Assembly: GCF_036321535.1 (NCBI RefSeq)
Contig: NC_087447.1
Coordinates: 35,466,001 to 35,530,000 of the forward strand
Direction of reading: 5' to 3'
DNA: 64,000 bases
From: Camelus dromedarius
Lineage: Eukaryota
A program made the translations under genes and the position numbers. The notes beneath the pieces were generated by a model. That model saw nothing but the letters and a program-made list of their open reading frames with translations. It was not told the DNA's origin and ran no database searches. Of this stretch, positions 12,401 through 25,080 are shown piece by piece. Every line of letters starts with the position of its first letter. Position 1 is the stretch's first letter.

Positions 12401-14994
12401 CATCCAGCCTTCTGATAGGAGTACTGTCTAAAGGAAAATACCTGTCAGATATGTTCCAGCATGATGCCGTGAAATAGACAAGAATAGGAATAATTATCCT
12501 CAGTTTATAATTGAGGAAACTTAGGTCCAGAGAGGCTAGCTGGGAATTAGGAGAAGCCCTGAGGTGAACAGCCTGCTTCCCAGTGTTTCAGAGAGCCTTG
12601 CTCTGGGCTCAGTCTGCAGCCATGGTCCTGAGTCATGTTCCTGGTTTAAATTCTGCCCACGTTTGATTGAGGAGCCCCAAATCCCAGTCGGGGAGCTAAG
12701 TGTACACGTGCACGTGTGTGCACTCCCGCAGGAATTGGTGCAGGAGCAGGAGATGTGGAAATAAACAAGAGTTGAACCGGGGATTGGGTAATTGTCAAGC
12801 CCAAATGCCACCAGCCCTCATTTTGCTGTAGGACTAAAACTGTTTGTTGGAGGATCAACCTGTGCACAGGGTCTAAGTGAAATCTGTCAGAATGAGTGGG
12901 AAAGAAGCTATTTTTAGTTTGCAGAGTCACTCACTCGGCTATGTTAGCTGAGGTTTGAGCCAGTCCCCTACGCTTTCCACAGTGTTATTTCTGAAGGAGA
13001 AATACCACTTGAATGCTGTGTAAAACCCATTAATGAACCTGGAAGTTTCCAGGGCGCCTTTGTCCTGCAAGCTCCCTCGGAAGGCTGCCTTTCCTGAATG
13101 ACCTTCCTCCTTTCCTATATTTAATGCATTTCTAATTTTAAGCTTGTGTCAAGACTGTGGGACTTCGGTGCCCTAAATAACACAGAAATCTACCACCAGC
13201 TATCAGCTGAGTCCGGAGGGCTCTGACAGAATTGAACACAACCTGAAAAAGCATCCCCAAGTAGCTCTCTGGTGAGTAATCCGCAGCCCGTTGCTCTTCT
13301 TAGAGGGGCTCGAGGTCTGTGAGGCCACGGCGCCCGGGTTGCCCAAACCGTCTAGGTGTAGTGGCTTCAGAGGCCTCCCCAAGTCGCTGGCCATGTTCAC
13401 CCAGACACTGTTTCGTTGGAGATTAGAAAAGCTAGCACATCTGTGCTGTAGCTGCTGGCCTAACAGGAGGAGAAAAACACAGAAAAACCTCAAAGCAGGG
13501 GCCTGGATATGTCTGTGTGAACACTTGGAAGAGAGAAAGAGCCAACAGCTAGGGCTGTCTTGTATGAAAGAGCTGGTAAAAGAGCTGATGCAGAAGCCCT
13601 TATTTGCCACCTTCTGTTTTCTTATTTGTTTGTATTTATAACCTCTTCTCACTGAAATATAAGATCCAGGAGGGCCAGGGCCTTGTCATCTTGTTCAAAG
13701 CTGTGTTCCCAGTGTCTAGAGTAGCTCCCGGCACCTCACAGATGCTGAGTGGATGTTTCCTGACTGAATCCATGGGGAGGAGATGGCTTTGGAGGGCGCG
13801 GCTCCTCTGTGCTTCTCAATCCCAGGCCAGGTCCAGAATAGGCATTTCCGGGTTCTCAGGCACTTGGGCATCAGGTGTACTGCAGAGCCAGAGAACAGAC
13901 AGGCGCTGACCCTGGAATGTGTTCCGGCAACCCGGAAGTTTCTTAGGAAGTCTGTTGATGGTGAGGCTTGTAGTCCTTTAGTGCCTCACAATTTACCAAG
14001 TGCTCGGATGCATATTCATCTTTGGTTTTTCTTCTTTTATCCGGCAGATGCTTATGTGTGCCCATCTGTCCGAGCACTCCATTAGCTGAGTGAGGGGAGC
14101 AGAGAAGAGTGGGACCGAGCCTGGATTAGCAGCTTGTGAGCTGGTGGCAGGGCTAAGATAAGTTCATTGCAGGACAAGCAGAATGTGGCAGAGGCTGGAA
14201 GAGAGAATCTGACATTGAAACTCTGTTGATCCCATCCCTTCCCCTGTCCTCGGGGACCTTTTCTTTCTTGCATTTTCAGTCCCTATGGTTCTGCTGGATT
14301 CTGCGGGGTGGGGGTGGGGGGTGGTTGGGGTGGGAGGTGGTGACTGGAAAGGCTCCCTGAATTGGAAGCTTTGACATTAAATTAGTTCTCAAGGGAGCTA
14401 ATGTAAAGTAACAGGGAAAAATTGGCAAGAACTTGCATTAAGAGGAAAGCAGAGGAAGAGCAGGCAGATAGAGACCCAATATTGACAAGAGAGGGAGAGA
14501 GCAAGCCAGGAGCCGCAGTGTCGCAGGAGCCGAGGGGATTTCAGCAGGGAGGCCAGGGAGCTTGGAGACTGGGACGAGACCACCAAACTTGGTGATGGGG
14601 AGGCGTGGTGACACTTCTGAGGGAAGCTTCGGAGGAAGCTGCTGCGAAGACATAGGGTGAATGAAAGGGTGAGGAAAATACAGGCTGCAGGTGTGAACGA
14701 CCCTTTCGGGAGATTCTGTGGTCAAAGGTGGTTGAGAACAAGCTCAGGAACTTGAAAGGAGAGCTCTGTTCGAGTTAGTTTTGTAAGCTCAAGAAGACGG
14801 GGGTGTGTCAGAAGGCAGAAAGAAAGGATTAGAAAGAGGCAGAGAGAGGGAGGGGATAGCTGGAGCAAGGCTGCTGAGGCGGTGAGAGAGAGGGAAATCA
14901 CTGGGAAGGGGTTAGTTCTGACAAGAAGGAAGGATGCTTTCTCTTTTGGCACAGGAGTAAAGAAAAAAGGGGATCTGTGAAGATGGAAGGTTTT

Positions 14995-15144
14995 TTCCCT
15001 CCAGGTTTTTTTTGTTTTTTTGAGGGGGAGGTAATTAGGTTTATTTATTTATTTTTGATGGAGGTCCTGGGTTCAATCTCCGGGACCTCATGCATGCTAA
15101 GCATGCACTCTACCACTGAGCTATACCCTCTCCCCAACCCTCGC
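14995..15144 (-). mobile_element. tRNA-Ala-derived SINE (Vic-1-like, camelid) with an internal micro-inversion
   Basis: Reverse strand reads GGGTATAGCTCAGTGGTAGAGTGCATGCTTAGCATGCATGAGGTCC..., then an AATAAATAAACCTAATTACCTCCCCC linker and an A-tail. Degenerate TSD: tgaagatggaaggtttt (14978-14994) / tgaagatgggagtttt (15145-15160). Confidence 0.85.
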
Positions 15145-16074
15145 TGAAGATGGGAGTTTTCAGGTGGAGAAAAGCAATGCTTTCAGTAAAGTGTGTGTGC
15201 CCTTTTCATCATGTTTTATCTTAGTTTTATTTATTTATTCAATAAATGTTTACTGCATCCTACTACAGGCCATGTATAGTATAAGGCGCCAATAATTCAC
15301 AAAGAAAAGACAAAGTGGCTGCCCGATGCTGTAATGCTGTATTTATTAGTAATACAGTACTTATTAATATGTCCATCGCTACACCAAACCTTGAGTTCTG
15401 TGAGGGCCCACACTGTCTTATTTATCTTTGTATAATTAGGGCCAGGCTTTGTACAAAGCAAATAATCAGCAGAAGTGTGAGTGCTCCTGCTGGGTGGCTT
15501 AAATCTACCGTTTACATTGAAAGCCGAATTGTCTGCTGGTGTGATGAGGTTAGTGAGGGGGGCCTCCGGGGAGGGACTAGTTTGCTTTACTTTGTAGGTG
15601 CATCCAGCACAGGCTGGTAACTGCCTGGAAATGGGAGAGGAAAGATACCATTACTGGCTCTGACCCCTGGGAAGTGGGTAGAGCAGATGCTGCCCTTACT
15701 CTGTGGGTGAGGAAACTGAAGTTCAAAGAGAAAGCAAACTCAAGGTTACACAGTGCACGGCAGACCAGGGACTTGAATCTGGCTCTCAGAGCCCTCCTGC
15801 TTCTCCTTGCTAGCCTTGGGCACCAGCAGCTTCCTCTCTGAACAATTCTGATCAGCATGTGGCCCTGCACCCTGGTTGTGGCTGTCGTTAAGTGGTAGTT
15901 GGGTCTGACAGAGACCTCGTAGCACTCTCTAGACTCATAGTCTGAGTCATTGTCTTATGAGAAAAAGCAGTAAGGAAAGGACTAGCCTCAGTGAGGACTG
16001 GGACAGAGACGTTAACTCATGATTGTTGTAAACCCTAGTGCTTGCTGGAGTTGGAGGTCTGATGGACGGAGGCT

Positions 16075-16295
16075 TGAATGTGGAGTGAAACCTGCGTTGG
16101 AATTTCTGCTCTGTAACCTGTACTTCATATGACTTTGGGTCAGTCAGATCCACTCCAAGCCTTAGTTTTCTCATATACAAAATGGGAGTAATAATATCAG
16201 CTTTACCTTGCCCACGGGGGTTACTGAAAGATGCAAATAAGCTGTACAAGGGCTTTGGTAAACTCTAAAGTGCTGTACAAAAGTGTTATTATTGG
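16075..16295 (+). mobile_element. MIR SINE
   Basis: ttggaatttctgctctg...ccttagttttctcatatacaaaatgggagtaataata...taaagtgctgtacaaa. Confidence 0.7.
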
Positions 16296-19200
16296 GTTTA
16301 TATGCTTGTGAGCCATTCTATGCATCAGACACAGATTTTGTTACTAGTATGAATCAGAGATGCTCTTCTGTCTTAATCACTTGAGATCTTAGGAGCTACA
16401 CAGAACTGTCCTGGATCTTGTGGTAAATACTTAGGATCAGAACCATTGAAAATATTGGAGGCCAAGTGCTTGGTAATCCATAGCCCATTTCCATGCAGGT
16501 CAGGGAGCGTGAATTCCTGCCGAGGTAGCCATCAGCATCAACAGCAAGGATGTTTCTGGCGCGCTTTCTCTCAGCAGCAAAGGAAATTCATCAGCACTGA
16601 TTTAAAGTCCCAGTGACCTCATGTGTCACCTCCACGCTCTGCAGCATTATGACTGCCCCCTGGCCGTGCCCAGGGTCACCCTGGAGCTGACCAGCTGTCT
16701 TTTGTTGCATATGACCTTGAAAACTGGGCTGTCCCAGGGCGAAAGTAAATCATGCAGGGGTTTAGAGTGAAAACAAAAGCCAATGAGGGTTCAAAGGAGG
16801 CTGCAGTGGTTTGATGAGAGAAATGCAAGTTCTGTGAAGGCTGAGTGAGCTGTGAGAGAATTGATTGGCCAGGGGATTAAAACTACCTCCACCTCTACCC
16901 CTGTTCCTTTAGCCTAGTCCCCTGTTATCTGTTGCCTAATTACAGTGACCACCTCTTTGTTGAGAACTCTTTGTCTCTAGTTTGGGTTCATTCCAGCTGC
17001 CCCCACCCAGCTGCCAAAATGATATACAAAATGTAAATCTGATCATGTTGCGCTTTTACTTTTAAATAAGATTTTTAGAAAATACAGCAAACATTCATTC
17101 CCACAATAAATACTTATTGGAATCACACTAGAGGAGGAGACTTAGCTGAGCCTTCAGGATATAGTAGAGAAGAAGACCCAACCTCTGCCCTCAAGAGGTA
17201 GGAGAAACACACAATCCCTAATTTCCACAGCCGGTGTGCAAAGAACAGGGTTATTAGAGCATGAGTTCTAGGATTGTTGTTGGCCTTGTTCACCACTGTG
17301 TCCGCATCACCTTGATTAGTGCCCAGCACACAGTAGGTGTTCAGCAAATAACTGTTATAGGTATGGCTGTATGCCTTACTTTTTAATGGATAAGGTCCAA
17401 AATCTCTGGCTTGTCCTAAGAAACTCTTCTTGATCCTGCTCTGTCAGAATATCCAGCCGTACCTTCTACCAGTCTCTCCCTTGCATCTTGAAATTCCTGT
17501 TGAGGTAGCCATCAGCATTAACAGCAAGGATTCGTCTGGGCCAAACCAAAGAAATCATCATATTTTTGATACTTCTGGGTCTTTGCACAAGCTGGTTCTT
17601 CTGCTTCCCTTTGCCCTTGGCTGCTGGGACAGCTACTACGTCTTCCAAAGGATAACAAGGATGATGCCTTATATTCGTCTCAGTTTTCCTGCCATCCAGC
17701 CTGACAAACCTGCCTCTTCTTTCTCAGTTTTTCTTTGCTATCATTACCCACCTTCCTTGACTCTATTGAACTGCTGTCTCTGAAGCCCTTTTCCCGCCTT
17801 TCCTACACATCTCTTGTCCCAGAGACCTCTTGAGATTCTAGATCTGGGGATTTGTTGGGCTGCTGGAGGTCTGGCTCCTTGGCTGTGATGGACCCTGGTT
17901 TTCCTTTTGTTTTACTTCAACACCTCCTCCCTCCCACATTGGCCCTTCCAGGCAGCTGGACCTCTCTGCTAGTTCCACTTGCTTAAGAACCCTACTGTGA
18001 GCAGGGTCTGCATTTTTCCAGGGACCAGACTCATCATCTTAGACCCCCTAGATACCAAGGGGGAACCTTGTTCTGAATGGCTGATTCCCCAGTAGAGTGC
18101 CAAATGCTTGATTCCAAGGGTTCCTGCTGCTTGGAGCTTTCTGCTTGGAGGCCTTCTTTGTATTTGGAACTGGCCTAACTCAAGCCTGTCCCTGCCAGGC
18201 CCCTGTGGGTACTCTATATTGGAGGGCTGCCTTAGGAACCGGCTCTGTAGTCACCCCTCTTCCCCAAAGGTTAATCCCATCCGGTTCCTGCCTCTTCTTG
18301 GCCTGCAATGTCCTGAGACACTGAGGCTTTGCCTGGTAGGCCCCCTATGAGGTAGATAAAGGGAAAACATCGCTCTTGTCATGTCCAAAGAAGCAAACCA
18401 GGCCGTTCTTTTGGGATGCAGCCTTCAGAACCCCAAGACGCCAGGCCATTTGCTAGCAGGACCACCAAATCATGACTAGTAGGAAGAAGTTAGTCTTTGT
18501 GTGATTCTGTAATTCCCTTCTGTGATAAAGTGTTTCTCTGTGGGAACACTGTCAGTGGTGGTGGCCACCTCCTGCACCTGTAGATTGCTGTTTGGAAGGG
18601 AGCTCTTTTTTCCTGGATGCCTAATGTCATCCAAGATGGGGGAGACTGGCTGTGGGTAGCAGAAGTGGAAAGAGTCAGAAATGTCTTTGCAAAAAAGAGC
18701 AGCTGCTGTGACAATTAATCGTGAAGTGTCTGGCTTTTCAGAGGGGCCAGAAGTAAGGAGAAAGGAAAGCAGGAGGCAGAGTGGGAGCCACTCACAGGTG
18801 CTGGGAGGCTGCGTGAAGCTGCCATGAGGACCTTGCATGTGCCATTCAGGAGACCTGGCTGGCTGGGGACGGTTGCTCATGGCTGCTGAACAAAATACAT
18901 GTCTCTGTAGCCAGCACTCCCAGGATAGCATGAGGAAAGGTCCTCACTCCAGAAAGATAATTTAGTCATTCTTGAGTATCTTCTCTGTAGTTTTATTTCC
19001 ATGTGATCCCTTTTGGGTCAGATTTTTTTTTTTAATTAATAGACTGCAGCATGCACATCATTTAAGAATAAAGCCTGCATGAAGGGATAACAAACAGGAG
19101 AAGGACTTGGGAGAATCAAGAGACTTTCTATTGTGGCTTATTTTTGGACAGACTGCTTTACTTCTCTGAGCTTCAGATTTTGCCTCTGTCAGATATAATA

Positions 19201-21339
19201 CTACTTACTAGGGCTGCCTCTCCAAGTTGTTGTCAAAATGATGTTATGAATGTGAATGCATTTTATAACTAGGAAGCAATAAATAAATGTAAGTTATGTT
19301 GGTTGATTTCTTTGTCATATCCAACCTTCTGTGGGTTTCCAGGAAACTTCCCTTTCTTGTAGCTCTTTGGAAATTGTTGTCAGTTATCATAGAACTGGAG
19401 TTTGATATGAATCACTTCCATGATTCTCGTGTTCCTCTTTTTCCATCATTATCTGTTGAACACCAGGGGTGCATTCGAGCTGTGGACTTGGAATGTGACA
19501 ACAGGGAGGACACAGAGTCCTGCAGCTTTCTAAATGGGATGTGATCGATGGTATAAATCTCCGACAGGTAAGAACTGAGGACTTGGGAGCAGAGAGATCT
19601 AGAGGCAGTGTCAGGAAAAAGTGTTGTTGGCCAGGTTTTTTGAGTCTTTGGGAGAGCTCTTTTTAGATGAAATTTGAAGGCTGGGGTAGACTGAGTTTGG
19701 TGGGTGAGAAGATCAAGCCCCTTTAGGATCCTTAAGGATCTATGGGAAGAGGCTGGTTCCTTCTGAGGTGATTAACCTGGAGCTGGTGTTGGCAGGCTTG
19801 GGTGTGAGCATAGAGGTTGGCAATTAAGAAAGACTTGATGGGGAGCAGTAGGATTTTTAAGCAGTAAAAATAATGATAGCTCCTATTTGTGAAACATTGT
19901 GTACCTTACATCATGCTAAGCACTGTACAAACATCACCTTTAATTCTCACCAGTTTCCCATGGAGCAGTGTACTGTTTTACCCTCATTTTGGGGAAGTGA
20001 CTTGTCTGAGGACACAGGTAGGAAGTAGCAGAGCTAACACTCTGGTGTTGTGGACTAAAGGACATTCAGGTGACTGGATAGTGGTTGTCCAGGCTGGAGG
20101 GCAAAGAGGTGACTGAGAATGGTGCTCACCCCACCTCCACCCTGAAACTTTCAGGCGGTGCCAAAAGAGTTAGAGCCTATGACAGCTCTTTCTTACCTCT
20201 TTGGTGTCTGGGCGCAGACCAAGGCGGGTGAGCAGAGCCACTGAGCGGCTCTCCTTCCCCAGAAGCTGCCACTTTAAAGCTGGGACAGTGAGGTGTGCCT
20301 TTGGAGAGCTGAGAAAAGATATTTTAATTTCTCATGGTCCTTTCTTGGGCTTCTGTTTCCATTCATAGTGGCAGCAAGAATGAGTTTCGGAGTATCTCAA
20401 CACTGGCCCCTTTACCTGCAAATCCAGATTGTACCACTTTACGAGGCTCAGATAAGAACCTACCCAGTTGAGTCTGTTTTGGACAACTCCAGCTGCCATT
20501 TCAAATACAAACTACTTGAAGATAGGTACCATGTCTTGGTTGCGGCTGCGTCTTTAGTACATGGCACAGTGCCTATCAGAAGGCAGGTGGCTGGGATCTG
20601 TTATGGAATCGAATGGAAACCTCTCCTCACTTAAAGTCTGAGTCACCTGTTACTATTTGATTTTATTCTGACATCTGATCACCTCGTGAGTGGTGGTCTT
20701 CCGAAGGAGGGTATATGGTGCTGCAGAGTGGGCACTGTGTTTCAGGATTTTGGGAGAATCTCATACTCTGATGGGTAGAGGGCAAGGGGCTAGGTCACAC
20801 AGCGGCACTTGGAGAAGCCTCCAGGATTTGAGCTCCACCTACTTGGAAGCAGACTGGGAGAAGTCTGCTGTGGGATAGCTGTTAGTTGCTTAACAGAGCT
20901 GTGATGTTATTTGTTCTGGAGGGCGAGGAATGGAAACAGAACGCTGACTCTTCCAGTTGTCTCAACATGAGGGTCATAGACATATACGCATCTTTCTCAG
21001 TCTGCAGTGCTCCATTCCTCAGATGCCTATTTAAGGAGAAGAGCACAGAGGCAAGAAAATGGTACATTTCCCTTTGCACCCCTCAAGGTGAAATTTCTGC
21101 TACCACACGGGGACTTGTGGGAGCAGTTCTGTAGTTACTGCTGTACAATGCATTTATCATTCTGCTCCCCTGGCACATTTTGCCAAGCTGCATAATTTCC
21201 CCATTCCTTCCTAAACTCACCAGCTTGGTGATGATGATGATGCATCTGGTGGCCAAATCCTCCCTGATCAGTTTGTGGTGCAGTGGAAAGAGCAGTATCT
21301 TAGCTAATAATGACAGCAGGTAGCATCCAGCAAATCCCA

Positions 21340-21540
21340 GTGGGGTACCAGTTTCTCTGCTAAGCACTTTTTGGAGATCATCTGTTTAATCCTTGTGACA
21401 GCCCTGCAGGGTTGGGATTATTATTCTTTAGTTTGCAGATGAGGAGAGTGAGGCTCAAGGGTGGTCACTTGTCCAAGGCCACACAGCTAGTAAGTGACAG
21501 AGCTGTGATTAAAATCCAGATCCCACTGCAGAGCCTATGC
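21340..21540 (-). mobile_element. MIR SINE
   Basis: tttgcagatgaggagagtgaggctc...cacttgtccaaggccacacagctagtaagtgacagagc is the reverse MIR core. Confidence 0.8.
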
Positions 21541-21852
21541 TGTGAAATACCAGGATTCCATTTTGAACTTGAATATTAATTCTCTGTGGGACCTGGGGCT
21601 GGAGACTGCTTCCTGGGCTTCACCTTCCTCATCTGTGTAATGACAAGCAGTTCCAAGGGTTCTTGCAAAGCTTTAAGGCCACTACCCTTCTGGTTTGGTT
21701 AGAACTCTTCCCTATCTGGATTTCTTTTTAGCTTTGAGATTTTTTTGTTCGTTTTGTTTTATAGTGGCGGGCTAGCTGCTAGGTATTAATTTCACAGTAA
21801 CAACATTAATATCAGGCAATTAAGAGTATATATTATGTAAAATAGTATGGGT

Positions 21853-22051
21853 CAGTACTGTCTAGTTGAACTATATTTGATGATGGAAATGGTCTGTATC
21901 AGTCCAATGTAGTAGCTAATAACCACATCTGGCTACTGAATGCTTGAAATGTGGCTAGTGTGACAGAGGAATTGAATTTAAAATTTTATTTTAATTAATT
22001 CAAATTTAAATACTCACATGTGGCTAGTAGCTACTGTATTGGACAGTGCAG
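21853..22051 (+). mobile_element. MER3 non-autonomous hAT-Charlie DNA transposon, essentially full length
   Basis: cagtactgtctagttgaac...gatgatggaaatg...ccacatctggctactgaatgcttgaaatgtggctagtg...gctactgtattggacagtgcag. Terminal inverted repeats present; possible 8-bp TSD gtatgggt/atataggt. Confidence 0.85.
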
Positions 22052-22769
22052 ATATAGGTTGAGTAATAATATAAAACCAAATAGAGTGTAGATTCTTCCA
22101 TTCCCATCTCATCTTTAATTTGTCTCCTGTATTCCAACTAAGGCTTCTGATTTCCATGTTGATTTTTCCAGAGGTCTAATACATGAAATATGAGTACATG
22201 AGTATTATGCTTTCAACTTGCAGCACACTCAAGCATACTGCATTGCATCATTTTTCCCTGCCTATGAGGGATATACAAAAGATGGATAGTATTATGTGCA
22301 TTTTTCAGATAAGGAAACTGAGGCACAGAGAATTAAATATGCTACTAGGAGCTAAGTAAATACTTTTTGCATGAATAAGTGGTTTACCTGAAGGCATTTT
22401 TGGAACAGTGGAACCAGGATTGGAAACCTAGGTCTTCTGATTCTCAGCCAGAGTTTCCTTTAGTTTTCTCATCGCTGGTGTGCCAAGCACAGAGATAATT
22501 CTTTGTATGCTCATTAGAGATAATTCTTTCAATGTTAGGTGAGGGACTTTTTCTTTTCATTTTATACCTGTCTGTACTATTTGATTTTTAACTCTATATA
22601 GGCATCATCTTAATTATAATAATAAAATAGATATTTGGAAAAATTATATGAAGTGCTATGAGGCTGCATTTTGGAGCTGTTCCTATTTTATAAATGTGAG
22701 AACTACCGTGCTAGTCAAACAGAAAGGCAGGTTTCTCATGTGGCACCTGTGGTCAGAAGAGGATTGGAT

Positions 22770-23375
22770 CCCATCTTGATTCCATTTCTGGTCATGATGA
22801 AGTAGTACTTTTGGACCAACCTCCACAGAAAACAACTGTAAACTCAGATACAATGTAAAAAATAACCACCTGAAGGAAGTGGAGAGTGACCAAAAGAAGG
22901 TGCATTCTTCACAAGTGTTAAGGTCCTGAAAAATCAAGGAAAGACTGAGGAACGATTCCAAATTGAAGGATTCTAAAGAGATGTGGCAACTAAATGAAAT
23001 GGACAATTGTGAACTAGATCCTTTTGTTGTAAAGGACAGTAGTGGAACAATTGCTGAAACCTAAATGAAGTCTGAAGTTGTGTTGGTACTTACATACCAG
23101 TGTTAATTTTTTTTTTTTTTTTTTAGGGTTGATGGTTGAATTTTTGTTATTAGGGGAGTGCTGATGGTTTGGGTGACAAATACACTAACATGTTTTGGAG
23201 TGGTAGGGCAACAGTCTGGTAACTGGCTCAGAGATAGTTCAGGAAAAACTTGGAGAAAGAGAAGGGAATATAGAGCAAAGATGGCAACATGTTAATATTT
23301 GGGTAATATGAGCAAAGGGTAAACCATTCTTTATATAATATTGTTAACTTTTCTCTGTTTGAATTTATTTCAAAA
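22770..23375 (+). mobile_element. Old L1 fragments (5'-end-like piece followed by an L1MC/L1ME-type 3' UTR)
   Basis: ttccatttctggtcatgatg...; then tcaaggaaagactgaggaacgattccaaattgaagga...gagatgtggcaactaaatg, ending ttcaaaataa. Confidence 0.6.
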
Positions 23376-23388
23376 TAAGAAGATTTTA

Positions 23389-23482
23389 GGGGGAGAGTAT
23401 AGCTCAGTGGTAGAACACATGCTTAGCATGCATGAGGTCCTGGGTTCAAATCCCCAGTACTTCCATTTAAAAAATATACAAA
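23389..23482 (+). mobile_element. tRNA-Ala-derived SINE (Vic-1-like, camelid)
   Basis: GGGGGAGAGTATAGCTCAGTGGTAGAACACATGCTTAGCATGCATGAGGTCCTGGGTTCAAATCCCCAGTAC plus an A-rich tail. 9-bp TSD aagatttta at 23380-23388 and 23483-23491. Confidence 0.85.
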
Positions 23483-23504
23483 AAGATTTTAAAACTTCAT
23501 ACTA

Positions 23505-24072
23505 AATTTCATCAAAAGCTTTTTCTGCATCTATTGAGATTACCTTATGATTTTTCTTTTTCAGTTTTTTAATATGGTATATCATATTGATTTGCAGATA
23601 TTGAACCATCCTTCCAACCCTGGAATAAGCCCCACTTGATCATGATGTATGATCCTTTAAATGTATTGTTGAATTCATTTTGCTACTGGTTTGTTGATGA
23701 TTTTGCATCTATGTTCATAAGTGATATTCTGTAATTTTCTTTATTTGTGGTGTCTTTGTCTGGTTTTGTTATTAGGTTGATGATGGCCTTGTAGAATGAG
23801 TTTGGAAGTCTCTTCCTCTGCAGTTTTTTGGAATGGTTTGAGAAGATAGGTGTTAACACTTCTTTAAATGTTTGGTAAAATTCACATGTGAAGCTGTCTG
23901 GCTCTGAACTTTTGTTTTTGGGGAGTTTTTTTTTTTTTTTTAAATTACTGATTCAATTTCATTACTGGTAATTGGTCTCTTCATATTTTTTATTTCTTCT
24001 TGATTCAGTCTTGGGAGACTGTACGTTTCTAAGAATTTGTCCATTTCTTTTAGGTTGTCCATTTTCTTGGCT
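23505..24072 (-). mobile_element. L1 ORF2 fragment, reverse orientation
   Basis: Reverse complement gives ...GAAATGGACAAATTCTTAGAAAC...GATCAAGTGGGGCTTATTCCAGGG...TCTCAATAGATGCAGAAAAAGCTTTTGA, the L1 ORF2 region leading into the RT domain. Degenerate. Confidence 0.85.
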
Positions 24073-25080
24073 GAACAATATTGAAAATTTGTGAGATGCA
24101 GCTAAAGCAGTGCTTTGAGGAAAATTTATATCTTTAAGTGTATATATTAGAGAAGAAGAAAGAACTAGATTCAGTGACTTAAGGTTCCACCTTTAGAATC
24201 TGGAAAAAGAAAAGTAAACCCAAAATAAGTAGAAAAAAGAAAATTAAAAATGTAGGGCCCTTAAAAGAAAAATACATAAAAAAAAATGTAGGGCAAAAAT
24301 TAATGAAATAGGAAACAGATGAAAATAGAGAAAAATAATAAAGCCAAAACAGTTCTTTAAAAATATCAATAAAAATGATAAAGCCCTAGCTGGAGTGATC
24401 AAGAAAAAAGAAAAAGATCACAAAATACCAATATCAGGAATGAAAGCAGGTATGTCACTATGGATTCTGCAGATATGAAAGGATACTAAAGAAATATTAT
24501 GATATATGTTTTATAGCCTGTATTTATACCAATAAACTCAGTAACTTAGATAAAAAGGATGAATTCTTTGAAAAAATACAAACTTCTCAAAACTGGCACA
24601 AGATGAAATAGAAAATCTGAATATCTATATATCTACTAAAGAAATCAATTCATTATAAAAAACTTCCCCACAAAGAACCTTCTAGGCCTAGATAGTTTAA
24701 CTGGTAGATTTTATCAAATATTTAAGGGAAAAAAGCCCAATTTTTACACAAGCTGTTTTAGGAAATAGAAGAGGAGGAAGGAACACTTCCCAACTCATTT
24801 TATGAAGTAAGTATAGTTCTGATACCAAAAACCCAACCGACATTACAAAAAAAAGGAAATTATAGACTAGCATCCCTCGTAAACATAGACACAAAAGTCT
24901 TTAACAAAATCAAGTTGGCAATATATATAAGTTGGATAATTCATCATGACCAAGCTGTGTTATCCCAGAAATGAAACTTACTTTAACATTTGAAAAACAA
25001 TAAAGGTAATTCACCATATTAACAAAATAAAGGAGGGAAACCATATAATATTTCAGCAGGTGAAGACAAAGCATTGGCAA
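24073..25080 (+). mobile_element. Older L1 ORF2 fragment
   Basis: gatgcagctaaagcagtgc...ttcccaactcattttatgaag...catcatgaccaagctgtgttatcccagaaatg is degenerate L1 ORF2 with stops and frameshifts. Confidence 0.8.

Noticed and set aside
13270..13400. CpG-enriched patch as a CpG island or promoter
   Set aside because: Only about 130 bp with a handful of CpGs, below usual island length criteria.
16712..16720. Perfect TGACCTTGA (ERR/NR5A site)
   Set aside because: A single 9-mer is expected roughly 0.5 times by chance in 64 kb on two strands; no independent support.
22491..22529. 14-bp direct repeat agagataattcttt with an 11-nt spacer (similar short repeats at about 39731-39770 and 61393-61445)
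   Set aside because: Only two units each; ordinary slippage micro-duplications, not an array. No CRISPR-like or prokaryotic structure was seen anywhere in the window.
23389..23465. tRNA-Ala-like sequences (also 15060-15135 and 59730-59800) as real tRNA genes
   Set aside because: They have A-rich tails, TSDs, imperfect acceptor stems and copy-specific substitutions, so they are SINEs.
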